A stretch of DNA of 64,000 bases from the human T2T-CHM13v2.0 reference genome, Homo sapiens. Location of the stretch: NCBI RefSeq assembly GCF_009914755.1, contig NC_060928.1; one strand, written 5' to 3'. The position numbers and the translations under genes were made by a program. Below the pieces are notes generated by a model. That model had not been told where the DNA came from, did no database searches, and saw only the letters and a list, made by a program, of their open reading frames with translations. Shown here piece by piece: positions 1 through 13,141 of this stretch. Positions within the stretch are counted from its first letter, which is position 1; each line of letters opens with the position of its first letter.

Positions 1-62
1 AGGACCAGAGAAGTCCCAAAATATCATGACAGGCCTTTTTATTGTGGGAAGACAAATGCTAC

Positions 63-459
63 TGTTACCAGTTGAGGTTGTCGAGGTTCTTGGCATCTCG
101 AACAAAGAACTGGACAAAGTGCACAAACAAAACAAGGAAAGAATGAAACAACAAAAGCAGAGATTTATTGAAAATGAAAGCATACTCCACAGGGTGGGGG
201 CGGGCCTGAACATAGGGGCTCAAGAGCCTTGTTACAGAATTTTTTGCGGTTTAAATAACCTCTAGAGGTTTCCATCGGTTACTTGGTGTATGCCCTATGT
301 AAACGAAAAGGATGAAGTAAAGTTACAAAGTCATTTACTCAGCATAGGCCCTATGTAAATGGAGAGGATATTTCCTTTCGTACCTGAAATGTTTCCATTT
401 GATTAAGTTCTAGGAAGTCCTTATATTCCCTGGTATCCAAACCCTATTCTCCTGTCTCA
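63..459 (-). mobile_element. ERV1 solo LTR, MER61-like
   Basis: TG...CA termini. The minus strand begins TGAGACAGGAGAATAGGG...GGAAATATCCTCTCCATTTACATAGGG, typical of the MER61/MER51 group. Confidence 0.7.
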
Positions 460-1383
460 TTATGATCCTCAGAGTGAATTTGTGGGGAAGGTAGGAAGCT
501 AGGAAAAATAGTCTTTAGTCTCTTCTTTCCCGGGGTAACTGCTCACCCGGGAAACCATAACCCAAATGTGGTTGGAGGTCATACGGGCTTGTATGTACAT
601 AGACTACTTCTCCAAGCACACACAAGAAGCCTGTAACTGTGTTTGCCTCTGGGGCAGGGACAGTCATGGGAGAGAATTTTTTTTTAAACTGCGTATTGAT
701 TTATACCTTTCATATTCTTTACTATATGCTTGTATTTCCTGTTTGAAATATAATTTTTTAAAAATGTAAATTAAAGTACCACAGGCTCATATAAAAAAGT
801 TTCTTAAAGCCTGTAATTCTACTTCTGTTCATATTTTGAGCATTTCCTTCTAGTCTTTTCTCTACTTATACATGCATATATTTGATGAAGTGGAGATTAT
901 ACTTTGTAAATAGTTTTGTACCTTCTTTGACCATTATGGTATAATAATATCTTGAGTGTTTTCCCATATTACATGTATTCCAAATTCCCTCAAATATTTT
1001 TTCCATTTGGAGGGATGTGCCATAATTTAATCATTCCTAATATTGAACTTTTAGGTTGTGCCCAGTATTTTGGACAGCTGGTAACGTTGTTAGAAATACC
1101 CTCTTTATTAATAAAGGTATTTCTGTGGTGCCTTTTGTCATCTCCTGTACTGTTTAACTCTTGTATTATTTACCATTTTGCATGTGAATGAATTATCCAT
1201 TATCAAAGCAGATTGTAAACTCCTTGAGAAAAGAAGTCATACTTACACCAATTGTTTTTTTAAAGACCATCTAATGATCACTAAAGATCACCTAACAGTT
1301 CAATTAAAAACAAACAAATACAAACTAGTGAACAAATCTCCATAGACTTTAAGCACGGTTTCTCAAGCAAAAAGGAAAAAAAT

Positions 1384-1712
1384 CAGCCAGGGGCAGTGGT
1401 GCATGCCTGTAATCTCTGCACTTTGGGAAACCAAGGCAGGAGGATCACTTGAGCCTAGGAGTTCAAGACCAGCCTGGGAAACATGGTAAAATACCATCTG
1501 TACCATAAAAAAAAAAAAAAAAAGAAATGCAAAACTAATGGTCTGGCGTGGTGTCATGCATTTGTAGTTCCACCTGCTAGAGAGGCTGAGGTGGAAGGAT
1601 CATTTGAGCCTGGGGAGGTCGAGGCTGTAGTGGGCCATAATCGCGCCACTATACTCCAGCCTGGGTGACAGAGCGAGACACTCTCTCAAATACAAACAAA
1701 AAAACAAAAAAA
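1384..1712 (+). mobile_element. Alu (AluJ-like), full dimer
   Basis: Left and right arms, A-rich linker, A-rich tail. Confidence 0.92.
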
Positions 1713-2467
1713 GGAAATAGTTTTTTAAAAAGCACAGTCCCTACTTATTTTTTCATTTAAAAAATGATGCTACATTTCTTTTTTTAAATTATACTTTAAG
1801 TAATTAAAGTAGATTACTTATAATCTTACCCCTATATTTGTTTAGATTGACACTTTATTGTGTATCTAATTTTTAATACATATTTCTTTATTTAAAATAA
1901 AATGCAGATCATTCAGTACAAACTATTCATAACTTGTTCTTTTTACATGCAAGGAAACATTCCTTAATATCCTTACATATTTTAAGACTCTCATTTATAA
2001 AGGCGCATATGGCCTTTTATCCTAGTGCTGTATTTTTAAAATCAATCGTAAGTGGAAATTCATTGGCATGTAGTTAATAATTTAAATTCTTCTCAAATAT
2101 CTTTTCATAAAAATTGGGCCAATTTATACTCCCCAGTATAAGAGAGTGTTTGTTTCATCCACTTATCACCAATATTATTTAAGCCTTTGCCAATATGGTA
2201 GGTGAAAAATAGTATATAATTATAATTCCAAATTATTTAGTAGTTCATTTGAATTTTATCATATTTTCATACTTAATACAAATATGTTTCTCTTATGTAC
2301 AATTCAGGATTATGTTATTTGCATATTTTTATTTATGTTTTCTTATTGATTTGTAAGAGATGCTTATATAGCAAGGACATTCATATTTTGCATTCTGTAA
2401 ATATTTGGAAATTTTCTTTTAGAGATGTTAAACATTATTCATTTTTACTCTAAAAAAAAGCACAGCC

Positions 2468-2770
2468 CCATTGAAATATACTTTACATACCATAAATTCA
2501 CCTTAAACTATACATTTCAGTGTTTCTTTTTTTTAAATTATATTCACAAAGTAGTGCACCCATCAACACTAATTCTAGAATATTTTCATCACCCCCCGAA
2601 GAAACCACATACCCATTAGCAGTATTGTCTCTATGGATTTTCCTATTCTGGCCTATTCTACGTATATTTAACGTCAGTAGAATCATGCAACATGTGGCCT
2701 TTTGTGACTGGTTTCTTTCACTTAGTGTGATTTTTTTTGAGGTTTGTTCATCTTGTAGCATATATTCGGA
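2468..2770 (-). mobile_element. Old L1M (L1MB/MC-type) 3' fragment
   Basis: Motifs such as ttctagaatattttcatcacccc and gtgactggtttctttcacttag are typical of antisense L1M 3' UTRs. Confidence 0.65.
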
Positions 2771-3043
2771 AAGCATTTTTTCAAAAACCACTTATCTTCT
2801 TCATTTGAAAAAAAAATACAACTTCTAGTTAGCTTCTGACAGTCACAGCAACAATGCATTCCTCCCAGAAAGGTACCTTTTCTCAGCCTTGTTTTATGGG
2901 GTAAATTCTGGCTTCTTTTCTTAGCTACCCTTCTGTCCTCTCCTCTCTCCTTCCCTCCCCTCCCCTTCTCTGCTCTCTCTTTCTTCTTTCTTTCTTATGG
3001 AAAATAACTATCTTCCTGTTCTTCATTGTTCTCCAGGTCTCAG

Positions 3044-3598
3044 TGTTACTGAAAAAGGGGTCTCATCTCAGACCTCAGGAGTGGGTTCTTGGATCTTGCG
3101 TAGGAAAGAATTCAGGGTGAGTCACAGAACACAGTGAAGTTAAGATAGTTTAGTAGAGACTGCTTTTATTACAGAGTAAGAAAGTTATCCTCATAAAGCA
3201 AGGGGAGGAGCACCCGTACCTCAAACATAATGCTTGCTTACATAGGATATTAAGGCTAAGAATAATGTACTTTATTACAAAGGCTTGTGATCAGCTTGTG
3301 ACAAACTATTAGGATTGTTCATCTCTTGTGTCACTATTGATTTCAGCAAGAATTTATGGGTGTACTATTATTTTTAAAGCGAAAGTTATTCTTAAACTAA
3401 TAATGCTCTTTGTTCTTAAAATGTCAGGACATTTCCTTAAGTTCTGGGTCTTATTTAGTTAGCATCGTTAACTCATTCCTTCAACCATAACCATCTTGTG
3501 ACCAAGAGTGCCTGACTTCCTGGGAATGTCACCCAGCAGGTTTGGCTTTATTTGGCCTTTATCCAGATGGAGTCATTCTGGTTAGGATGCCTCTAACA
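3044..3598 (-). mobile_element. ERV1 solo LTR, MER41-family (older subfamily)
   Basis: TG...CA ends. The minus strand starts TGTTAGAGGCATCCTAACCAGAATGACTCCATC. 4-bp TSD tcag/ttag. Confidence 0.7.
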
Positions 3599-3675
3599 TT
3601 AGTACATCTTAACTATCATGTCCTTTACCTCATTCCCCTTTTCTGCTCCAGGCCTCATTTCTTCCAGGCTAATTG

Positions 3676-3677
<2 letters not shown>

Positions 3678-3722
<45 letters not shown>

Positions 3723-3733
3723 CACACACACAC
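3678..3733. repeat. (CA)n microsatellite
   Basis: Near-perfect CA run with one interruption. Confidence 0.97.
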
Positions 3734-3887
3734 AATCTCTTTTTTTAGCATAAAGCTTTCTCTTCTGTATCTGCAGACTGATCATAGGGATACTTACCTT
3801 TTCTGGGCATGACAGTGAAGGGTTTCCTCTCTGGATAGTGTTATGTGAAGGGCAGGTAAGCACTTTTAGTGCAAAAAGCCAGAATTT

Positions 3888-4071
3888 TCTTTTCTTTTCC
3901 TTTTCCCTTTCCTTTCCTTTCCTCTTCTCTCCTCTCCTTTCCTTCCTTCCTCCTTCCTCTTTCCTCCTTCCTCCTTCCTTCTTCCTCCTTCCCTTCCCTT
4001 CTCCTCCCTCCCTCCCTCCCTCCCTCCCTCCCTCCCTTCCTTCCTTCCTTCCTTCCTTCCTCCCCTCTTCT
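3888..4071. repeat. Polypyrimidine compound microsatellite (TTCC/CCCT/CTTT), the degenerate tail of the adjacent Alu
   Basis: Almost pure C/T tract lying inside the Alu TSD (aaaagccagaattt at 3874; aaaagtcagaattt at 4348). Confidence 0.9.
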
Positions 4072-4347
4072 ATTTTCAGACAAAGTCTCACTCTGTTGCC
4101 TAAGTTGGAGTGTAGTTGCTCAATCTTGGCTCTACCACCTGGGTTCAGGCGATCCTCCTGCCTCAGCCTCCCTAGTAGCTGGGACTATAGGCATGCGCCA
4201 CCACACCTGGTTAATTTTTGTATTTTTAGTAGAGACAGGGTTTTACCATGTTGGCCAGGCTGGTCTCAAATGCCTGACCTCAAGTGATCCACCCACCGTG
4301 GCCTCCCAAAGTGCTGGGATTACAGGTGTGAGCCACTGTGTGCAGCC
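4072..4347 (-). mobile_element. Alu (AluS-like)
   Basis: Antisense Alu dimer with a small internal deletion. Confidence 0.92.
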
Positions 4348-5059
4348 AAAAGTCAGAATTTCTTAAATAATCTTGAAATATGCATTTATTCAGTCATGGA
4401 TCTATACCATACTCTGTGGAATACAAACATGAAAAAAAACCAAAGACCTGTTTTGCTGCATTATATTCTAACAAGGGCTCTCAAACATTCTCACATATTT
4501 CTTCATAGTTGTTTATTGGACTACACTCCTAGATAGCAAACTCCTCAAAGGCTGGAACCATCTGTTAACCTTCCCAATGCCCACAATACTTTGCATAAAA
4601 TGGCCTCATTTTTTAGAATGTCCTACAGGAAGTGCACATAAAGTGCTGAGGAAAGTCACAGGAGGGATGGGTTTCTTCTCGCTGGAGAAATCCAAGAAGG
4701 CTTCATGGAGAGCATGGTTTCTGTGTCAGGCTGTGAAGGATGAGTAAGATCCAGGCATGTAGAACTGGAAAGAGAATTATAGGAAAATAGAAAATGTACA
4801 GACACGAAATAGTGTGAGGCATGGAAAGGAAATCTTGAATAAAGTTTACGACGAGTTTGAAACAAAGTTTGAAATAGAATGAGGGACTTTGAAAAGGATC
4901 TCATCAGGTGGCCTTACCTTCTGAGTAAGGAAAGAAACAAGATTGTCTTCAAAAAAGGAAAGGAATAGGAGTGGAATGTGGGTCTGAAGGAGTGTGGAGA
5001 AGGTTTGGCTGTAGGATGAGGGTTAGACACTCAAAGACATTAAGATATGAGGTCTTGTA

Positions 5060-5366
<307 letters not shown>

Positions 5367-5883
5367 TCTTGAGGTGTTAGTTGGTCACACAAATGGAGAT
5401 ATCTACAATATTAGACCATCCAGTTATAATTCAACTAATTTATTTGGTAGAGTGTTATGCACAATGTTTTACATTTTCATAATTTATATTCTATTAAAAA
5501 TTAAAATATAGTATACATTCATTTCTTCATCTTCTAGCTGACAAATCTTAAATAAATATTATTTTAAACTCTAGGGACACAACAGTGAATACAGTACACA
5601 AGATTCCTGCATTTTTGAATATGTCCATTCTAGTGGGGAGAGACAGAAAAAAAAGTAACAGAAACAGAAATGTGTGTAATAGTGGCAGAAACAAGTATAA
5701 TTAAACATCATTAATGTAAAACTATTCAAAATAATACACGAACGTAAATAAAGGCTATTTTCTAGCTAACTAAATCACCAACTGTTTTCTGACACAGATA
5801 TTCAAAAATACGAACACAGTGAATTTAAAGCCTATCTTCTCTAGAAGAAAAGTCAAATTAATAAGGTTTTATTGTTATCAAGG

Positions 5884-6451
5884 TGTCAGAGGCATGTGAA
5901 CCAGAGCAACTCTGTCTTAAATAGGAGCTGGGTAAGATGAGGCTGAAACCTACTGGGCTGCATTCCCAGGTGGTTAAGGCATTCTAAGTCACAGGATGAG
6001 ATAGGAGGTCAGCACAAAATACAAAACCTGATAAAACAGCACAAAACATAAAACCTGATAAAACAGCTTGCAGTAAAGGAGACAGCCAAAACCCACCAAA
6101 ACCAAAATGGTGACGAGGGTGACTTCTGGTCATCCTCACTGCTACACTCCCACCAGCGCCATGACAGTTCACAAATGCTACAGCAACGTCAGGAAGTTAC
6201 CCTATATGATCTCAAAAGGGGAGACATGAATAATCCACCCCTTGTTTAGCGTATCATCAAGAAATAACCGTAAAAATGGGCAACCAGCTGCCCTTGGGGT
6301 TGCTCTGTCTATGGAGTAGCCATTCTTTTATTCCTTTACTTTCTTATAAACTAGCTTTCACTTTGCACTGAGGACTTACCCTGAATTCTTTCTTGCATGA
6401 GATCCAAGAACTCTCTCTTGGGGTCTGGATCTGGACCCCTTTCCTGTAACA
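5884..6451 (+). mobile_element. ERV1 solo LTR MER41A-like
   Basis: Runs from TGTCAGAGGCATGTGAACCAGAGCAACTC to GACCCCTTTCCTGTAACA. Perfect 4-bp TSD aagg/aagg. Lacks the MER41B tandem GAS segment. Confidence 0.88.
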
Positions 6452-7249
6452 AAGGCAGGAAGTTATTTAGCAAAATATGAAAGGCAATTTGAAAATGTCT
6501 GGGACACTTAAACACAAAACATATTTATAATTAATTTCCAGAGAATCATGCTGGGTCAGAAAGTCTTGGTAACAATAGATAACACTGTATTTTTTTCCTC
6601 TTCAGTGTATTTATGTGCATATTTAGATGTGTAAGATGCAAAGATATATAAGAGACTACTGTTACTTTTTTACTTTTACTACTTTTACTTGCAAAGAGCC
6701 TATAGGAGGAAACAGATACATCAGAAAGGTAACAAAATACACTACGTGATACTGGTTCCAACTACTGAGGAGAGTGTGTGGAGCCTTGACTTGAGGGCTG
6801 GGAGAAGCTTCACCAATGTCACAAATAACTTTTGAACTTGGCTTTGAAGTGGGCTTCTTCTGCTCAGATAAGAAAGAATTACATTGACAAAGGTGAGGAG
6901 GAAGTAGACATAGAGAAAATTAGCTAATATTTAAAGAGTTCTAAACACCCTATTTGGTACGCAGTAGATACTCTGTAAATATTTATTCAGTGAATAAGCA
7001 TCCTTGTTAGAAAAATGTCATTGTAGCCATTTTGCAGATGAAGAAATGGAGGCACAGACAGATTGTTCTAAAGTCACGTAGCTAGAAGTTGTGGAATTAG
7101 ATATTGACTCCTAAGTTGCCTGCCTAACAAGCTTTATGTTCTTTCCCTTGTCCAGATGTGTGGCGAAAGTGCTCACATGTGGTATAAAGTATCAGATGCC
7201 TAGGTGAGGGAGTGGAGGGGGGTGTTATGGCCAGAGGTGAACTTAGAAA

Positions 7250-8180
7250 CACAAGTCAGAATGGACTATAGCAGTCCTTAAGATGACATTCTAGGGAACA
7301 TGGAAGGTCATTTAAGGAAGCTACCAAAGATCTTAAAGTAGGGGAATGATGTCATCAGTCTGTCTTTCAGGAAGATCAGTGTAATAGGATGGAACTTGCA
7401 GGCAGGGGTGGGTGCGGGAGTGATGAGTGTAGGCTGATGGGCAAGTTAGGAAACGCTATTGCTCAGAGCTAATATGGATGAATAGGAGACTGAGCCAGGA
7501 TAGTGGCAGTGGAAATGGAGAAGAAGAGGCGTAAGGACTGAAAACATATTAGAGGAAGAGTCACCACCACTCATTGACCAAATGGATTTGAGGGAAGGGA
7601 AGGGAAGGGAAGGGGTGCAAGATGGTGCTGGGATTGCCAGCCTTGGTGAATGACGATGCCCTTAGCTGAAACAAAGGATGGAAGAAAATGCAGTCAGTGG
7701 GCAGAAGACAATGTTTTGGACATTTTGAGTGAGACATCCAAAGTGAGATGTATAATGGACAGGGGGAGATATAAGATAAAAACATAGAAGAGCAACTGGA
7801 ATAAGAGAATGTTGGGAATCATCAGCCTCTAAGGGACAGCTGAGGCCGGAAGGATGAGAGGACCAGGGAAAGGTGTAGGAGAGAAGAGAATGGGGTGGGA
7901 AAAGGAGGGGAGGGAGGGGAAGGCATGGGTAGAGGAAAAAGAATCAGCAAATGAGACAAAGGAAGAAAAGGACAGAGATGTAGGAGGAGAGCCAGAGGGA
8001 GAAGGGTCATGGATGCCAAGGGAAGGGCCTAGAAGAGGTGAGTTTGGCTGACTGGAGGTTGTTGGTGGCCTCACTGAGATCACCTTCCCAGGAGTAGAAG
8101 GGGCAGAAGCAGGGTTGAGGGCTGAAGAGAGAGTGGATGATTCAGTGGTAAGGAAAGTGAGTTCAGTCTATTCTTTCAAA
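7250..8180 (+). mobile_element. L2 relic (purine-rich)
   Basis: L2-like motifs (ggacattttgagtgagacatcc, gatggtgctgggatt); highly diverged. Confidence 0.5.
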
Positions 8181-8519
8181 GAATTTAAGAGCCAGAAAAG
8201 TAGAGGCTCTGGATAACCTGAGAGGCAAGTGGAATAAGACATCTTTGTGAGAATCCATGTGGAGTTGTAAAGCTGGCAGGTGCCTTGGTCAGTCACTACA
8301 AGAGAAAAGTGAGTGAAGCTGAGTTCTTTCTCCTCCAGTCTTGTACAATGAATGCAGTTGTCTTAGCATGAAGGAATCAAACTTAATAGCCACATTCCTT
8401 TTATCATTGTTGAAAGACTAGAATATTGCAATATTGCTGTTCTTGGGGTATGTCCTACTGATTGCTTTATAAAGATGTTCTCTTGGGAAAGGAGAAAATA
8501 AGACTGGATTTGTAGCAAA

Positions 8520-8685
8520 AGTTATAGCATGGTGGCAAATTGCCCTAGTTCTTGAGCCTGGCTGCCTAGATCCAAAGCTCAGCTCTATTACTTACTGTGT
8601 GACCTTAGGTAAGTTATTTAACCTCTCTGTGGCCCAGTTTTCTCATCTGAAAGCAAAATAATAATAGTGCCACCTCATGGGATTG
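8520..8685 (+). mobile_element. MIR
   Basis: Core tgtgtgaccttaggtaagttatttaacctctctgtg...gttttctcatctg. Confidence 0.75.
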
Positions 8686-8690
8686 AGTAC

Positions 8691-8942
8691 TTTTTTTTTT
8701 TTTTTTTTTGAGATGGAGTTTTGCTCTTGTTGCCAAGGCTGGAGTGTAATGGCGTGATCTCGGCTCACCGCAACATCTTCCTCCTGGGTTGAAGTGATTT
8801 TCCTGCCTCAGCCTTCTGAGTAGCTGGGATTACAGGCATGCGCCACCATGCCCGGCTAATTTTGTATTTTTAGTAGAGACGAGGTTTCTCCATGTTGGTC
8901 AGGCAGTGGTGGGATTACAGGTGTGAGCCACCGCGCCCAGCC
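8691..8942 (-). mobile_element. Alu (AluS-like) with an internal deletion in the left arm
   Basis: Poly(T) followed by antisense Alu; ggtcaggc is joined almost directly to gggattacagg. Confidence 0.92.
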
Positions 8943-9243
8943 GAGTAAAATTAAGGTAAATAAAATAATATACAGAACTTGGAACTATGCCCAATTCTAC
9001 ATAGCTCTACATGGCCCTATTGCTGTATTCACTCTTATTACTAATAGTTTTTCCAAGGATCTTGAGTATCAGCATTGGAATGGACCCTGGGTTTAATTGA
9101 TCATAATCTTTCTGCTATCCACTGGCCCTAGTTGTTGTTATGATTATGTTGGTTTTTCCTTATAAGCATGAAATTCTTTTAGTTTTGCATGTAACAGACC
9201 CTGCAAACTAATATTTGCTTTCCAAGATTAAAAGAGGCTCTTC

Positions 9244-9618
9244 ACACATCTGGACTCTCTTGTATTATAGGATTTTTCTTGTTCTGAATATCTTGAGAAT
9301 ACCAAAAACTGGTATTTTAGATTTGTTTTCTGACATCTCTTAAGCTGAAATCACATGCGAGAATTGACTTTGCAGCTACTAATGTTGACACCTTTTAAAT
9401 CTGTATAAAAGCGTGTTGTGTTGAAGCAGCAAATCAGTGAGTGTTGCATTTTGGATATTTAGTTTTATCTTTAGTTAAACACCATCCTGGTGTATTCATT
9501 TATACCATCTAATATATGACACACTGTTGTAGTATGTATAATTTTGTGATCTTTATTTCCCTCTGTATTCACTTTAAGCATGTAAATAAATTGCTGTATT
9601 GTGCTAAAAAAAAAAAAA
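9244..9618 (+). pseudogene. 5'-truncated processed mRNA 3'-UTR retro-fragment
   Basis: AATAAA at 9585-9590, poly(A) at 9606-9618, imperfect TSD aagaggctcttc/aagagattcttc, and a TT/AAAA site on the left. Confidence 0.7.
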
Positions 9619-9763
9619 GAAGAGATTCTTCTTAGGTGGAGAAATAATGGCTTATCCCACAGAAAAATGAGGTAGAAGACACCTTTTTGGAGTAAACTCT
9701 GAAGCATGGTTTCATGATGGTGTAAACCAGAAAGCATTAGACAAGTCTCAACCAATTTAAAAG

Positions 9764-10427
9764 TGAAGTGACATCATTCATCTGGGGTAATACCTGAGGT
9801 TTGTTGTCTCATGCCAAGGAAATCAAGGATGCAGACACACAAGGAGTGAGGTTAAGAGTGGAGGTTTAATAGGTGAAAGAAAGAGAGGAGCTCTGTCCTG
9901 CAGAGAGAGAGGTCCCAAGTGGGTTTTCTGGTCTGCAGTGAAATTTGAGGGGTTTTATAGATGAGCTTGAGGAGGCGATGTCTGATTTACATAGGGCACG
10001 AAATATTGGTTGGACCAGGTGTGCCATTTGCATAAGGCACAAAAAACTGGTTAGGCCTGTGTGCCATTTGCATAGCACACGAAAATCTGGCTGCCCCTAC
10101 CCTAATCTTGTATTTTGCAGATGGGTTCTCTGCCTGGCCATGTTGCCTGTTTCTTTACTGTACACATGGTGAAATAAAAAAGGGGAGATGGAGCCTCTGT
10201 GTTGAATATACCTGGCCCTTGGGTAGCCCTTTTCTATTGGAACAGCTGCTGGCATTCACCTGTGCAAACTTCCAGCTTGCTTATCTATGTCTGCAGCTTG
10301 ATTTTTCAGGCTGCTCTTTGTTAGAAAAGAATAATTTTGGGGCTGCTTTTTGTTAAAAGGGAAATTCCATCAAGGACTCTTTTACCCTCACTATCGCCTA
10401 AATAATTTCTTTCTATCTCCTGTATCA
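9764..10427 (-). mobile_element. ERV1 solo LTR MER50-like
   Basis: The minus strand starts TGATACAGGAGATAGAAAGAAATTATTTAGG. 4-bp TSD aaag/gaag. Confidence 0.8.
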
Positions 10428-11161
10428 GAAGTTTATTTTGCCAAGGTTAAGGATGTGCCCATGACCCAGCCTCAGGAGCCCTGATGACATGTGCCTAAGG
10501 TGGTCAGGTTACAGCTTCATTTTATACATTTTAGGGGGATATAAGATATCAATCAATACATGTCAGATGTACATTGGCTTGGTCACAACTGGAAGTTGGG
10601 GGGTGGGGGTGCTTTTAGGTCATAGATTGATTCAAAGACTTTCTGATTGGTAATTGCTTTAAAGAGTTTATCTAAAGACCTAGAATCCATAGAAAAGAGT
10701 GTCTGGGTTAAGACAAGGGGTTGTGAAGACCAAGGTTCTTATTATGCAGATGAATCTTCTAGGTAGCAGGCTTCAGAGAGAATAGATTGTAAATGTTTCT
10801 TATCAGACTTAAAAAGATAACAGAGTCTTAATTAATTCTCTCTTGGATCAGGGAAAGTACCTGGAAAGGGAAAGGGATTCTCTACAGAATGTAGATTTTC
10901 CCCATAAGATACAGCTTTGCAGGACCATTTCAAACTATGTCAAAGAAATATATATTAGGGTAAAATACTTTGATTTCTTTCAGGGCCTGCTATCTGTCAT
11001 GTATCTATACTTGAGTCAGGCTGGAATTTGGTGTCTTATTGCTACAAAAAGTCTTAAGATTTCTGTTTTAATGTTCATGCTGGTCAGTAGTGCCTGAATT
11101 CTGAAGGGAAGGGGTATAATGAGGAATGTCTGACTCCCCCTTCCATCATGACCTGAACTAG

Positions 11162-11446
<285 letters not shown>

Positions 11447-11803
11447 CTGAACTAGTTTTTCAGGTTAACTTTGGAATGCCGTTGGCTGAGAGGAGAGGTC
11501 CCTTCAGATGAATGGGGGTTGGGGGGGGGGGCTTAGAATTTTATTTTTAGTTTACAGTAGTAAAACCAAGTAATTAAAATATGGGTAAAGATTGATGTAC
11601 TATTAAATGTAAAACTCCTTTGGTACATTTCAGCTCTATAGGGAAGCTATATTTATGGTTCATATCTTTCTTATAACATTCTTCTAAAATAATCCAAAGC
11701 ACCAAAGTGAAACATCTGGTACCAGGCAGTATACAAAAATAATATTTTATCTTGCTGGTATTTTTAATGGCAAACGTAGGCATTATTTTGAATTGCTCTA
11801 CCT

Positions 11804-11888
11804 CACTGCCACCTGCTGGTCATGGTGCAGTATAACTAACGTTCTGGTGGCCATACTGGTCAGCATCTGAATGAGCGCCTCCTCGAGG
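11804..11888 (-). promoter_or_regulatory. Candidate CTCF site(s)
   Basis: Minus-strand TGACCAGCAGGTGGCAGTG (11822-11804) and CCTCGAGGAGGCGCT (11888-11874) resemble the CTCF core CCASYAGRKGGCRS. Confidence 0.6.
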
Positions 11889-11949
11889 TTGCAGAAAGAG
11901 GCCCCAATTTCTTCCTATTAAGTAAATACATTGCCTTTTAACTTACATC

Positions 11950-12770
11950 CAGAGGCAGGTCCAAGTTTTTGTGGGAACTGTAGCATATTCCATTTTAGGA
12001 CTCCTCTTTAAAATGAAAAAACATAAAATTACAAATATAATATCAAGTATGGAAGAGAATACGTATTTTAGAATGAGAAACAAAATTGCAACAAGTTGCA
12101 AATTTCAAAAAGGTGACAATTACTATGCACACCACACAAGACAGAAAAATAAATGTTTTGTAGATTAACTGTCTCACATACATCTTTCCTCTAAAGTTAA
12201 AAAAATTCTTTGTCTCTTCATAAAAATGATTTTGCAATTTATTTTGAGACTGGAGTCTCACTCTGTAGCCCAGGCTGGAGTGCAATGGCGTGATCTTGGC
12301 TCACTGCAACCTCTGCCTCCTGGGTTCAAGTGATTCCTCCTCAGCCTTTTGAGTAGCTGGGACTCCAGGCACACGCCATCACGCCTGGCTAATTTTTTGT
12401 ATTTTTAGTAGAGAAGGGGTTTCACCATGAGTTTGAGGCCAGGCTGGTCTCAAACTCCAGACCTCAAGTGATCTGCCCACCTCAGCCTCCCAAAGTGCTG
12501 GGATTACAGATGTGAGCCACCACATCCAGCCAGGCAATATTTTTTACAGTGAGAATAGAAAGATCATTTGGCTTTTCCTCTATCATGGTTCATCAAAATT
12601 TGTTTACTGTTGACAGTTGAGAAGAGTTTCCTTGAGCTTCACAATTCACAGGTAATGTCATGTACATTCTGAGGCTTGTGGTCAAATTTGGGGAACTCTC
12701 TGTAATTCACTTATGGGCCGTAAGATCTGAGGACATTTTCCAGTTTTCTTGTGCAGTGTCTAATATTGAA
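11950..12770 (+). mobile_element. Old hAT-Tip100 (Zaphod/MER115-like) DNA transposon relic, split by an Alu
   Basis: The start cagaggcaggtccaagtttttgtggg resembles the recalled Zaphod terminus; the interior is AT-rich. Confidence 0.35.
12243..12530 (-). mobile_element. Alu (AluS-like)
   Basis: Antisense dimer with a short tail. Confidence 0.92.
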
Positions 12771-13141
12771 TACTGTTTGCATTGACAGCATTCATTTCCC
12801 AGTTTGTTTTTCCATCCTCCTTGTAGCGGAATACTGTGATTTCTATCTTTTAAGATGGCAGTGTCATGTCAAATTAGCAAGAAATTTAAATATTTTCCCT
12901 GTGTGTTCACATTGTTTGCTCTTTTTCATTAACGGGATTATCAAACAACCCAAAAACCTATTTATTACTTCTATTTGAAATGTATCTCCTCCTCTGTGCT
13001 ATGATCTGAAATTTTTGGTCATAATTTCCTTCTCAATGTTAGACTTTCTCTTGATTCCATTCTTTATTGTAGCCACTTTTGCTTCACATTCCATTTTTTC
13101 CCCTGAATTTTCTTCCAGTTCTTTAATAAGTATATGACAAA

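Noticed and set aside
3618-4366. ORFs of 140-165 aa
   Set aside because: Translations of microsatellites and an antisense Alu.
5884-6451. MER41 as an interferon-gamma/STAT1 enhancer
   Set aside because: The tandem GAS block of MER41B is absent; the sequence goes directly aaaaggggagac-atgaataatcc.
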